Part shown: piece after piece, positions 1 through 10,500 of the stretch
Layout of the letters: every line of letters starts with the position of its first letter
How positions within the stretch are numbered: the first letter of the stretch is position 1
Virus record (IMG/VR): IMGVR_UViG_3300036766_000837
Location: 50,932 to 114,931 of that record
Strand: one strand, 5' to 3'
From: a virus
DNA: 64,000 nt
Made by a program: the position numbers and the translations under genes
Notes under the pieces: model-generated
What the model saw: the letters and a program-made list of their open reading frames with translations, nothing else
Databases searched by the model: none
Told to the model about the DNA's origin: nothing

Positions 1-366
1 GCCACCATCTTGAATGTATTGCCCCTTAGGATTCCGTTTTCTTGTGGCAGATAACGTTTGATGCTTTTTTGACATCATAGCACGACTTTTGCGCCCCTGA
101 GTTTTTCCGAGACGATGAATTTGTTGATGTTCACTCGAATTGCAACGGAAAAGATTCCAAATTTCATTACATTGTTTATCTTCGTTAACATGATGGACAA
201 CTTCGATTTCGGGGTCAAGATATCTTTGTAGATAATTTTCCATAACAAGACGATGTAAAAGCATGTAACCGTCATTGTTATATGGGTGTTCGGGGAAATA
301 TACCTCTAAATATCCCGCACTATTCTCTTTAATTAATCTTCCTGTCCATTCATGAGTTTGCCACAT
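1..366 (-). CDS. HNH homing endonuclease (runs off the window edge; absent from ORF track)
   Basis: Manual translation from ATG at 366 after GAGGAAG: MWQTHEW...YFPEHP...LHRLVMENYLQRYL...VVHHVNEDKQCNEIWNL...EHQQIH, an HNH_3-type pattern with a basic tail. Confidence 0.85.
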   Translation of the reverse strand, partial: MWQTHEWTGRLIKENSAGYLEVYFPEHPYNNDGYMLLHRLVMENYLQRYLDPEIEVVHHVNEDKQCNEIWNLFRCNSSEHQQIHRLGKTQGRKSRAMMSKKHQTLSATRKRNPKGQYIQDGG

Positions 367-375
367 GTCTTCCTC

Positions 376-891
376 TTAAGGTGTCGGATTGGTATCAGAA
401 TCTAATTCATTGTCTTCTACAGGTTTTACTCCTACGGCTAGTATATCAAAATGAAACTCTTTGCCTCGTTCGATAGTCATATCTTTATAGATTGTAGCTC
501 TATACACAACTTTTTCAGGAGTTACATTCGTTAATATTACAGATAATGGGAGGGTTCTGTTATCTCTATGCGTCATAATCACTGCTGGCTGATAATCTCC
601 ATCCCAATAATTATTGCCTGGAAAATCATATGTTTTTTCAAAAGATGGATACTTGCCGTCAATATAAATAAGGTCACTTCCCGGAGTTTCAGTTATCTCT
701 CGCGCAAATAACGCGGCATGATTAACTATCCATTTTGTATCTCTAACTTCTTTAGTTGCCGGATTAACATTACTAATCTTAAATTCTATGAGGTCATCAT
801 TCAAGAAGATATGGTTTTGAATCATCTGGTTCAATAAATCGGCGGTAATGTCCTGATTAGGCTCCCATACGACCGTATTATATTTCGGCAT
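376..891 (-). CDS. Minor tail / tail-fibre-type protein, paralogue of 892-1374
   Basis: N-terminal W..x.IT...LNQM..N..FL motif shared with neighbour; end of tail module. Confidence 0.55.
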   Translation of the reverse strand: MPKYNTVVWEPNQDITADLLNQMIQNHIFLNDDLIEFKISNVNPATKEVRDTKWIVNHAALFAREITETPGSDLIYIDGKYPSFEKTYDFPGNNYWDGDYQPAVIMTHRDNRTLPLSVILTNVTPEKVVYRATIYKDMTIERGKEFHFDILAVGVKPVEDNELDSDTNPTP

Positions 892-1374
892 TTAGAGCTT
901 AACCCCCATGGCTATATAACAGACAAAGAAATCCATATCCGGATCAAAATCAACATTAGAAACTCCCCTGATACTAACGGTAAATGAGGCATTAGTTATC
1001 TCTCTTAAGACCCAAGTTATCTCCTTCACTTTTTTAATCCCAACACTACATATAACTACAGGTCTAAAATCGGGGTGAAAGAAATCGCGGGGAAAAGGAA
1101 TCTCCCTTTCAAATACGGTAGATGTTTTATCAGAACCTTCTTGCGCCGCATTAGGAGTTTGCTTTACAGGACTGATTTCTTTATACCCGGAAACCAGGGC
1201 AAGATTATCTTTGATATATCTAAGGCCGGTTCTTTCATTGCCATTCGGCGCGATGTTGCGAAGAGCGCCAGATACCTTCCTATCTTTCAGGAAATCATCA
1301 TTTTTCGCCATCTGATTCAATTTTTCACTCGTGATTATCTCTTCAGGAGCCCAAGTTACAGGGTCAAATACCAT
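892..1374 (-). CDS. Minor tail / tail-fibre-type protein
   Basis: TWAPEEIITSEKLNQMAKN N-terminus; C-terminal FP..F...PVV...YIAMG beta-domain typical of fibre ends. Confidence 0.55.
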   Translation of the reverse strand: MVFDPVTWAPEEIITSEKLNQMAKNDDFLKDRKVSGALRNIAPNGNERTGLRYIKDNLALVSGYKEISPVKQTPNAAQEGSDKTSTVFEREIPFPRDFFHPDFRPVVICSVGIKKVKEITWVLREITNASFTVSIRGVSNVDFDPDMDFFVCYIAMGVKL

Positions 1375-1408
1375 AAAAACCTCCCATTAATTTATTATAC
1401 ATCATTTC

Positions 1409-2416
1409 TTATCCCCACCCATCCCCTATATTTAATGAAATTCCCCAACCAGCCCCACCAACTCCCCCAGGTTGCCTCCAAACAACGGCATGATAACGGG
1501 GAGAGAGATTATTATCATCAGATTGACCAACAATTGTTGTTCCACAAATACCCCAGCTCCCATCTCGTGGATATGTCAATGTAGTACTAAGTTTGGGTAA
1601 CACTATAGGGAGCCCCAATGGGTCTGTTGCGTAATCCCAATATACTCCTCGATATCTAGATGTACCTCCATAAGTAGAAGAACCTACAATAATACTGGAG
1701 TCAGTAATAGCCCGAGCTTCATTATATGTTCCTACAAATGGTAATATAGTTGGCACCCCGGCATTCCAAATTACAGCATTATGATTTCCATAAGTTGAAC
1801 TTTCAGTCCATCCAACAATCTGACCCAAGTTGTTTATTCCAAAAGCTTGACCGTGTATTTGGCCAGGAGGTAATGTTAAAAGAGATGGAGTAATTCCATT
1901 CCAAACAACTGGATAAGGGGCACTTGAATTATTATAAGAATAACCACAAATAACTGCCGAATCATTAATGCCCCTAGCAACACACATATTATAATAAGGA
2001 TTCAAAGAAGTATCTATTGTTCCGTCCCATCTAATGGCGGTCGTCGCATAAGAACCTATTGACTGTCCATTTTGATTAATTCCATAACCATATGCGTGAT
2101 TTCCACTTCCAGGATTATCGAGGGCGGTTGGGGTTGTTCCGCTCCAAACACAAGCTCGTCTATACCCCCCGGTAGCTGTAGAACTACCAACTATTTGTCC
2201 AGAATTATTGATACCATAAGCATTTGCATTTGTCCCTCCAGGAAGGAAACTAAGCTGGGTTGGAATCTCATTGTCCCATCTCACAGCATAAATAGGAAAG
2301 GGAGATACAGGGTTTTCAATCCATCCTACAATTATTCCTGAATTATTAATTCCCAAAGCTGCTGACGTTTCAGGAGAAAATAATGAACCAAGTTGAGTTA
2401 TAGTATATAATTCCAT
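1409..2416 (-). CDS. HAF-repeat beta-propeller protein, candidate receptor-binding protein
   Basis: Repeated A(Y/F)GINN.GQIVG...AV.W units. Confidence 0.8.
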   Translation of the reverse strand: MELYTITQLGSLFSPETSAALGINNSGIIVGWIENPVSPFPIYAVRWDNEIPTQLSFLPGGTNANAYGINNSGQIVGSSTATGGYRRACVWSGTTPTALDNPGSGNHAYGYGINQNGQSIGSYATTAIRWDGTIDTSLNPYYNMCVARGINDSAVICGYSYNNSSAPYPVVWNGITPSLLTLPPGQIHGQAFGINNLGQIVGWTESSTYGNHNAVIWNAGVPTILPFVGTYNEARAITDSSIIVGSSTYGGTSRYRGVYWDYATDPLGLPIVLPKLSTTLTYPRDGSWGICGTTIVGQSDDNNLSPRYHAVVWRQPGGVGGAGWGISLNIGDGWG

Positions 2417-4170
2417 TATGTTGTCCTTTCAATCTTTAATATGAATTGATAGTCTTTCCCCGCAGTTGCAGCTATTGTTTCACATTCAATCTCAAGCAAA
2501 TCTCCATCCTTAATTGAGATGGTTTGAAAAGCGCTTGTGGAACCCGAAGTATCTCCACTATTAAAAATAAGTTTATCTGCATCATTTGCAAACACACTTG
2601 TAAACGCCCCCGACCCAGATTTAACCAATAAATCAAATCTGTCCTGATTTCCGCTTGGAGCGGTTCCAGCATGCCCCACCCATTTCAAAAGGTCGAAATC
2701 ATACATCGCCTCAAATTGTTTGGGGTATACTTTTATCTCCGCCGAATTATCAATATGGAATAAAATAGTATCGGCATCAATATCTGATTTGCTACCTTCA
2801 GGGGCAACATCGGGATTAGAATTTCCAGTAAGTGTTGCAGGAACCCATTTACTCTTATTTCCGGAATTATCTACATTTCGAACTCTACCGTAGTATTTTG
2901 TCTTTCTGTGTGGAGCTTTAAAACCTCTATGAGTTTTTGGAACGTATTTATCTTTCTTTACGATATGGTCTCGATGAAAACTATCATCATCAGCCATCTG
3001 AATTTGGCTATAAGATATATCTTCGTTCTCACCTTCTATTTCATAGAAAGCATCTGAAAACGTGGTTGCAAAAGTATCATATATATAAAGTATTGTATCA
3101 GGATTGTCAGTATCTAAATAAAACACATCATATTGATAGTTATCAACCCATATGGTATCCCCCTCTCCAAGTTCTGATAAGAATAGTGTTCCCACTCCTG
3201 TAAGGGTGTCTGTTCCAATCGTGGCAGATACCGTTCCTGTCCCTAAATCTTTCTCTATCGGCTGGTCCCAGGTAAATTCGATTCTTTTAACTCCTGGGTC
3301 AATAGTCACATTTATAGGTGTTGGGGGTTTTTCTGTATCTGCCGCTCTTGTTGGTTCAGACCATGCCCAAACTCCTCTTTTCCCGTGCCTAACGGCCCTA
3401 ATTGCAACTTTCCACCATTGCCATTTGTGAATACCTATAAAACGAGCCTTACAAAGAATATCTTCATCTTTATCTTTTGCCTCAACAGTTATTTTTCTGG
3501 CATAATCATCATCTTCAAAGACACCATTTTTCATATCCCATCGCCAAAGTTGAACAACATAAAAATCTACATCTGACTCACAGGAGGGGAGTATTACTTC
3601 GTCCCAAAGAACGGTCATTCGAATTTTTCTTGATTTATTTTTTTCAACAGTATCATAATTAAAGTGAATTCCCGTAACAGCGGGAATATCTGTTGATTTC
3701 ATCGTTTTATAAATAAGAGGAATGTTCAACCAGGGACCATTTTCGGTTCCCAAAACAACTCTGACACTTATCATATAAGTAGTATCATAATCAAGATTCC
3801 TAAAAATTTTTGTTACAATTTCGCCAGAAATTCCCTCAAATCCAGAAGAATCCTGTTCTGGCATGTCGTCAGAAATTTCTTCTATCGAAAACTCATATTC
3901 TATATCGTCAATTGGAGCCTTAAGATATTGGATTTCTATATTTGGCCATGAATGTTTCCCTTCACATTTGACAAATTCATTTAAAACGATTAGGTGTGGA
4001 GGAGTAAAAATTCCTAATACACGGGGGTCCTCATCATTGTCTTCATCATCGCCCGGAGAACCTTCTCCATCAGCACATGACAAAATATCATCAGTTATAT
4101 CCTCTCTAGGAAGATAATATTTCCTTAAGTTTTCTAATATTTCATCGCCGCTATTGAATTCATCAGGCAT
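2416..4170 (-). CDS. Fibronectin type III-containing tail tip protein
   Basis: FN3-like motifs (NLDYDTTYMISVR; W.Q P...YYGRVRNVDNSGNKS.W); tail module position. Confidence 0.7.
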   Translation of the reverse strand: MPDEFNSGDEILENLRKYYLPREDITDDILSCADGEGSPGDDEDNDEDPRVLGIFTPPHLIVLNEFVKCEGKHSWPNIEIQYLKAPIDDIEYEFSIEEISDDMPEQDSSGFEGISGEIVTKIFRNLDYDTTYMISVRVVLGTENGPWLNIPLIYKTMKSTDIPAVTGIHFNYDTVEKNKSRKIRMTVLWDEVILPSCESDVDFYVVQLWRWDMKNGVFEDDDYARKITVEAKDKDEDILCKARFIGIHKWQWWKVAIRAVRHGKRGVWAWSEPTRAADTEKPPTPINVTIDPGVKRIEFTWDQPIEKDLGTGTVSATIGTDTLTGVGTLFLSELGEGDTIWVDNYQYDVFYLDTDNPDTILYIYDTFATTFSDAFYEIEGENEDISYSQIQMADDDSFHRDHIVKKDKYVPKTHRGFKAPHRKTKYYGRVRNVDNSGNKSKWVPATLTGNSNPDVAPEGSKSDIDADTILFHIDNSAEIKVYPKQFEAMYDFDLLKWVGHAGTAPSGNQDRFDLLVKSGSGAFTSVFANDADKLIFNSGDTSGSTSAFQTISIKDGDLLEIECETIAATAGKDYQFILKIERTT

Positions 4171-4194
4171 TACAAATAAAATTCCTCCATTAAA

Positions 4195-4839
4195 TTATAC
4201 ACTAATCAGACTATCCATATCTTGATCAACAAAGAATATTTCATATACCAACCCATCTATATTTTGATTTATTAGATATTGTTCACTTATTAAACTATCC
4301 ATACTATGATTAATCAAAAATGTCTGACACACCAATCCCTCTATATTTTGACCTATCGAGAACCTTCTAAGTAACAGACTGATGACATTTTGAGGTTTTG
4401 AAGACTGTAGAAGTTTCAAACTGGTTATACTTTGAGTAGCCCTAAATCGGCAGAGTATCAACCCCTCTATATTTTGATTTATCCAAACATGTCCAATAAT
4501 ATCTACTATCATATCTGAATATTTATATACTTGATAGAAAATATTTGCCAATACAACAGAATATTGATGTAATGGTAATCCCCGGATTGAACTATCAAAC
4601 CTATGAGTTCTTCTAATATTATAAGGAATTAATACATCTATTGCCGAAAAAATGGTAGGTTTCTTCAAAAGAGAATCAATATTAGAATATATAGATACCT
4701 GTCCAGAAATATATGAGGAAAGATATGTTTCAATATTTTTATACCCCACTAACACCCTAAGACGATGATACAAAGTATATGTAGTTAACCCTAATTTTAT
4801 ATTAGAATTAACACTAGCATAAACTATTGAACGTCTCAT
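4195..4839 (-). CDS. Virion protein with 14-aa repeats related to 17632-22845
   Basis: NQNIEGLI / GQNIEGLV / NHSMDSLI / NQNIDGLV / DQDMDSLI at multiples of 14 aa. Confidence 0.6.
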   Translation of the reverse strand: MRRSIVYASVNSNIKLGLTTYTLYHRLRVLVGYKNIETYLSSYISGQVSIYSNIDSLLKKPTIFSAIDVLIPYNIRRTHRFDSSIRGLPLHQYSVVLANIFYQVYKYSDMIVDIIGHVWINQNIEGLILCRFRATQSITSLKLLQSSKPQNVISLLLRRFSIGQNIEGLVCQTFLINHSMDSLISEQYLINQNIDGLVYEIFFVDQDMDSLISV

Positions 4840-7088
4840 GTTGCCGCCCTACCCAATATTTCATATATCTCTTGTTCTCCCGCTTTAGACCTAAGAGTTA
4901 AACTCTGTGTAAAATTAGAACTATCCATTCCCAAATTTATTGCGGTAATATGGAAATTCCTATTACGCAATCCTAATCTTCCATAATCTATAATAACCAT
5001 ATCTCCGAGTTGTAGATGAGGAACAGCAAAAGTGTTGGCATTCACAAATATAATTGGAGACGAATACACCGCAATAAGATAGTCAAGGAGTTGCTGGGCA
5101 TGTTTTTTCGATTGAACCCATTGTAAATTAAGTTCCAACTTTTGCCGACCATATTTCCTTATGGAATCATCGTTCTGCTTCTTCTTGGTATCAGATGTTG
5201 AATCCTGTTTGAATGCTTTGCCAATTATGATAAAGAATTCGGGAAGATTTTCAATGGCTTTCTTTATCTGCGCGCCCTCAATGATTATCGTCCCGTTATA
5301 ATTATTTAATACATATATTTTTGCACTAGCAGGACTAAAATCGAATGAGATAACCTCGGCATATGCTTCGTTCGTTAATATATAGGTGATATTTTTAGCG
5401 GGGCCGACAGTATAATCTATATCGAATTCTCTAATTTCATATACTATGGTGGTTGGGTCGTGGGAAGCAGGGTTGGTATTTAATTTTCCACGTTCACAGT
5501 TATGTAATCTATTGTTATCCCTGTCATTATCACTATATTTTATTATTTCACTATTAATTTTGAAATAACCTTCATCTGGCCAATCTTCTGAATCAACAAC
5601 AAGGATACTGGTTTCAGTTGTATCCACTACTTCCGTAGTGTTGGTGGCTCTAAGCACCGTAGGATCATCTGCTTCCCACAACGCAACCGTCTCAGACAAC
5701 TCAGGAATGATATATTCCAATGAAAAATCATTTTTAAGGAGTTCTGTTGACCACTGTGCTGTCTGAATCTCGTTATCCTCCATTAAGGTCTTAACTGGCA
5801 CCATATCTGGATATGCCGGGTCGGTTAAGGATTCCTTTATCTTAAAGTTGAAGTATCCATTTTCATCAAAATAATATACACCTAAATCTATAACCGCTAT
5901 CTGCTGTAGGAAGTCCCAAAATGTTTGACCTTCAGTTGTCCAAATAAGATTATGTCCGGGAACACAAACCAGTTCATCTATATTTACGATTGTTGCTCTA
6001 TCGTGTTCTGCCAGATCATTATAGTTCAGCGTTGATGTGTCAATTATGAATTTTAGGATTCCCGCCTTTTCCGCGATATCTCTAACAATATCTGATATGA
6101 GCCATTTATCATAAAGCATTTGGGGGATTTCTGTTTCTTGCAAAATCTTTGACATATCCCTCAAGGAAACTTCCATCGTGGCTGTATTGTCAGACATACT
6201 CCAAGTATCTACATAAAATTCTCCTTGCTTCATATATTCATAAGTGGTATCCGCAAGTTTAAACCCTGAATATATATCAAATTTAGTATTTTGAAGGAGC
6301 AAGGAGAAGTATGGACCAGTCTCATACTCATTATTATATTTATCTTCACTGTTATCAAGACTTATGCTTGCAGAGTTGGCAGAGGAGATTCCGATAGGAT
6401 TCACCGTTGTACTTGAAAGATCACGTTCCTTCCTTACACTCCATGAAATTACATCATCTGATACATCAACCTCAATGGCAGCATCAATCTCATATATCTG
6501 CGCTCTCCCCGGAATCGAGATTGAATTAACTTTGACTCGGATTGCATTTATCTCGGTTGTGTATGTTCTATTTACAATATCAGACCATGTAAGCCCATTA
6601 GCAGTTTGTAGATATATATCTGTCTTATAGTCTCCTGGATCATAGTTAGTAACTGCGTTATAATAACTTCCACCAATTTTTATATCTATAGTTACTGAGG
6701 TTATCATGGAGACAAAAATATCTGAAGTAAGGAGAATTTTATTACAGGTAACCGGCTCTGGGTATGTAACCTCAATCTCTAATGGCGGCGAAAAATCTCC
6801 ACCAGAATCAGATTCCGTATCACTGGACCAAGGAACCCTATTATCCAATTCATCAGTTGGCCAAGTCCTTGCCCAATCATCTGTGCGATAATAATTCGAA
6901 TCCGTTACGGCAAATTTCATCGAAGGATCATATACTCCATCCACAATCCTATTTTTCCTTACATCATTATCACATGTAACTACAGGTTCATATACTCTAT
7001 TATTGGAAAGATACATTATTATTTTTGATTTTGGATAGACACCTGACGCTGCTAATGCGGTTTCGAGGTCATCAGTGATTATCTGCAT
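4836..7088 (-). CDS. Baseplate hub / tail tip (Tal-like) protein
   Basis: Second gene after TMP; YYFDENG.F.F, SI.KYG, PHLQLGD motifs of siphophage hub proteins. Confidence 0.7.
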   Translation of the reverse strand: MQIITDDLETALAASGVYPKSKIIMYLSNNRVYEPVVTCDNDVRKNRIVDGVYDPSMKFAVTDSNYYRTDDWARTWPTDELDNRVPWSSDTESDSGGDFSPPLEIEVTYPEPVTCNKILLTSDIFVSMITSVTIDIKIGGSYYNAVTNYDPGDYKTDIYLQTANGLTWSDIVNRTYTTEINAIRVKVNSISIPGRAQIYEIDAAIEVDVSDDVISWSVRKERDLSSTTVNPIGISSANSASISLDNSEDKYNNEYETGPYFSLLLQNTKFDIYSGFKLADTTYEYMKQGEFYVDTWSMSDNTATMEVSLRDMSKILQETEIPQMLYDKWLISDIVRDIAEKAGILKFIIDTSTLNYNDLAEHDRATIVNIDELVCVPGHNLIWTTEGQTFWDFLQQIAVIDLGVYYFDENGYFNFKIKESLTDPAYPDMVPVKTLMEDNEIQTAQWSTELLKNDFSLEYIIPELSETVALWEADDPTVLRATNTTEVVDTTETSILVVDSEDWPDEGYFKINSEIIKYSDNDRDNNRLHNCERGKLNTNPASHDPTTIVYEIREFDIDYTVGPAKNITYILTNEAYAEVISFDFSPASAKIYVLNNYNGTIIIEGAQIKKAIENLPEFFIIIGKAFKQDSTSDTKKKQNDDSIRKYGRQKLELNLQWVQSKKHAQQLLDYLIAVYSSPIIFVNANTFAVPHLQLGDMVIIDYGRLGLRNRNFHITAINLGMDSSNFTQSLTLRSKAGEQEIYEILGRAAT

Positions 7089-7091
7089 TGT

Positions 7092-7508
7092 CTATTGCTC
7101 AATCAGGGAGAGCGTTATATCCCAATATTGAGCGCCCCACCTCTTAGTTAAAGTTTCTTGATATTCTTCTATGAAGACCATCACAACAACATCAGTCTGA
7201 ATGTTAGACGAATTAACTTCTTTATATGTAAGAGTTACTGTTGTCCCGATATTAGCATCATAAAAAGCCTTTAAGGAGTTTCTCCCTGCTTTTCCATCTA
7301 CGGTTTGGGTATCTATGGCCGGTAGAAACGTCCAGCTAGTGCTAAATGTTCTTTTTTCCGCAACAAAGTATCTTCGTGTTTTTCCTGTTGCAGTTACATT
7401 ATCCGTCTTAATGGGAATAAAGGCTATTACAAATTGGGCGCGATTATGTTCACTAAGTTCTGTAGAATTTAGTTTTACAAGAGAACCTTTTGGAAGTGTG
7501 AGGACCAT
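7092..7508 (-). CDS. Distal tail (Dit-like) protein
   Basis: Directly after TMP; G..RRY...KRTFS.SW and terminal L.LIEQ. Confidence 0.65.
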   Translation of the reverse strand: MVLTLPKGSLVKLNSTELSEHNRAQFVIAFIPIKTDNVTATGKTRRYFVAEKRTFSTSWTFLPAIDTQTVDGKAGRNSLKAFYDANIGTTVTLTYKEVNSSNIQTDVVVMVFIEEYQETLTKRWGAQYWDITLSLIEQ

Positions 7509-10500
7509 TAAGAATTGCCTACCTTAACAACCATATTGTTTGCTCCCCTTTCCTTAGATATCTTATTCCCGACCTTTTCTAGTGTACTATATAGTTGTCT
7601 ATAGGACTCATCGTTTCCAAAGAAATGCCCTATATCAACATTTATATTTACGGTACTGTTATTGCCTGCCGCCTTAGAAAGAGCTTTTGAAATATTCGCG
7701 GGGACCACAGTTTCGCCAGCATGAAGGAGTGCGGGAGTATTAAATTTCACAACCCCACCACCATGCATCCCTATTGGGTATCCTGGAGGGGTTCCACCAT
7801 ATTGGGGCATAAAGTCGGCATGGACATGTGTTGTGTGGGGAACCCCGGTATAGGCATGAATAGTTGGATTCTCGTCACTCCATATGCTTGTTTTATATAT
7901 CAAATGCCCCATATGAAGCGGTGCAACATTTTTAAGAGCCCAATTCCATATAGCTGAACGAATCTTTTCACTATTGGACATTCCCAGGTCAACGGCGTTT
8001 CCATAACTATGTTGTGAAAAGATGTTGGTTCCGGCAATATATTTAACATAATTAAATCCGCCCATTGAAGTGTTTGGGAATAGATTCTTAATTTGTTGTA
8101 CGAAAGCCCAAAGAGATTTGGTTATAAGGCCATATGGCGTCTCTATCTTGCCGGGAGCCCCAGGACCGCCAGCAGGATATCCTCTCCCCATTCCTGCGGC
8201 ATAGGCCGTTCCAGCCTGTTCTATAAGGGAGTTTAGAGCCCATTGCCCCATCATTTTTGCCGCAGTCCCAACCATACCTCTTGTCATATCCCCAATTATA
8301 GGGGCAAGAAGTTGATATGCCGTTCCTAATGTTGCCATTGGAACCATAGCGAGGTTATAGAGTTGTTCACCACTCACTACACTATTTGGAATACCACCTA
8401 CATATCCGGTTCCACCAACCATCCCCCCAATATGAAATTTACTAAGGCGTTCTAATGCCCTTGCGCCAAATTTCTTGACTGTCTTCTTTGAGAAAACATA
8501 CTCTCCGGGTTGTGCCATTATCGGAACTTCTTCATGAGAACCTTCTATAAGCCCTCCTGTGTGAGCTTTTGGCCCATATCCAGCGGTGCCCGCATATTTA
8601 ATGGCTGTTTTTGATACCCCAGCTAATGCGGCAGAGATTTGTTGGATGAAACTAAGCATCAAGGCTTTCGGCATAGGTTCATGTAGGCCAGCATACTTTG
8701 CTTGAGCCGAAGCATATTCAGAAAGAAGGGTAAAGAATTTGCGATCTGCTGGTGTTGAAGCATTGGCCAATTCCCCACGCATAGCTTCCGCTGTACTTGC
8801 CCCTATAGCCGTGGCATCTCTTATCGCTGCTTGTTCCGCCCATACTCTTGCCTGACGGAATCCTTCCTGAATGGTTCTGCCATAATCAGCCATAAATATT
8901 GCGGCAACATCGTTTATTTGAATCCCATAGGTATCACCTAAAGCTAGGATATCTTTATATTGTTTCTCCCATTCCTTCTTATTCCTTGGAGTAAATTTAA
9001 GAACTTCATCTAATCTATTTTGAAGTAGTGTTCTTTCCTGGTCTATACTTTCCTGCATCGCCTCTTTTTGCGCATCAAGCGACTCTTGAAGGGCATCTCT
9101 TTGCGCATCAAGCATCTCCTGAAGGGCATCTTTTTCTTTATTAAGTTCGTCTATGCGTTTCTGTCTGCGCCTATCTGCAAGAGTTTGCGTATGTTGTTGG
9201 TCAAGGTCTCTTATACTCTGTTGATTGTCTTTATAGTCCGCCTTGGCTTGCATTTCCAAGATTGCGGCATCATCATATCTTCCTTCGGCAATGGCCTTAA
9301 TACGTTCACGATATGCAATCGCCGAATTTAATTCACCTTGCTGTATTAATTGTTCCCTTTGTTGTCTATATTCTCTTTGTTGTTGTAACCAATCTTCTCT
9401 TTCGTTTACATCCTCAATTTTTGCAATCTGTGCATCATAAACACCAAGTCGTTTTTCTTCCGTTGCAGTAAACGCTTCTAATCTTGCTTCAGAACTTTTA
9501 TCAAATGCGGCGAGTGTTGCTTCGGCATTCTTGTCAAAAGCTTCCAAAACAACATTAGACACATTAGAAGCGAGACTTCCAAGTTCACTTTCAAGAGCAT
9601 CCCAATATGCCTGCCCTTCTTCTGTCCCTTTCTTCTTGAATGCATCTGTATCAACTTCTCCGGCCAAAGTTGCAAAGTCTGCGGCTTGAGCATTAAATGA
9701 ATCAGCCTCGGCATCAAATAATATTCCACTCCGTTCAATAAGAGATAAAAGTCTTTGATAGAAAAGAACCAGTTCTTTAGTGTATTGAACGGATTTGTAC
9801 TCTTCTTGAACCATCTTCTCATTTCCAACGGCCATAGCCTGAAACATCTTTACCAGATGAGGCCCTATTGAGGCTTGCGTTAAAGCAAGGTTGTCTTTTA
9901 TATCACTAATACCCATATTCAATTGGTCTATATCGGCGGTTGATAAGACCTTTAATAAATCTTTGGCCTCTGAATCTATAGCCAGCATTAGACTATCGCC
10001 ATTCTCAACACTATTCATAAAGTCATTAAACACCTGATTCATATTGGTTCCATAATCTGTAATATTTTGGACTTCCTCCGTAATCCCCACAAAATTGGCA
10101 AGGGCCATCCTAGCCTTATCATTTATATTCCCCACGAAATCACCAATAGGAATATCTGTTAATTGCCCCATCAATCGTGACCACTTTTCGACATCTTCTA
10201 TATTCTTTGCAAATTCAACACCCGGAAGGTCGAGGGGACCAGCAGGCCCCTTTACCTCTGCCACACCAGCTATTTCTTTTAATTGTTCTCCCACCGCAGA
10301 TAAAGCACTTGTCCAAGATTGTTCAAATTCTTCTATATCAGCCTTTTCCGTAATTGTTTTGGCCAACTCTTGAAATGCATCACTAATCGCCTGAACATGA
10401 TTAGAGACCGCCTCCGCAATCTCATCTACGTGCCGTCCAAATGTAGAAAAAGCCATTATTACAGTTCCAATCACTGTTGCTAACATCAACCAAGGACTAA

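Noticed and set aside
75-275. 66-aa ORF from the track
   Set aside because: Lies in another frame inside the motif-bearing HNH gene starting at 366
1409-2416. Diversity-generating retroelement target in the propeller or fibre genes
   Set aside because: No template/variable repeat pair differing at adenines and no reverse transcriptase seen
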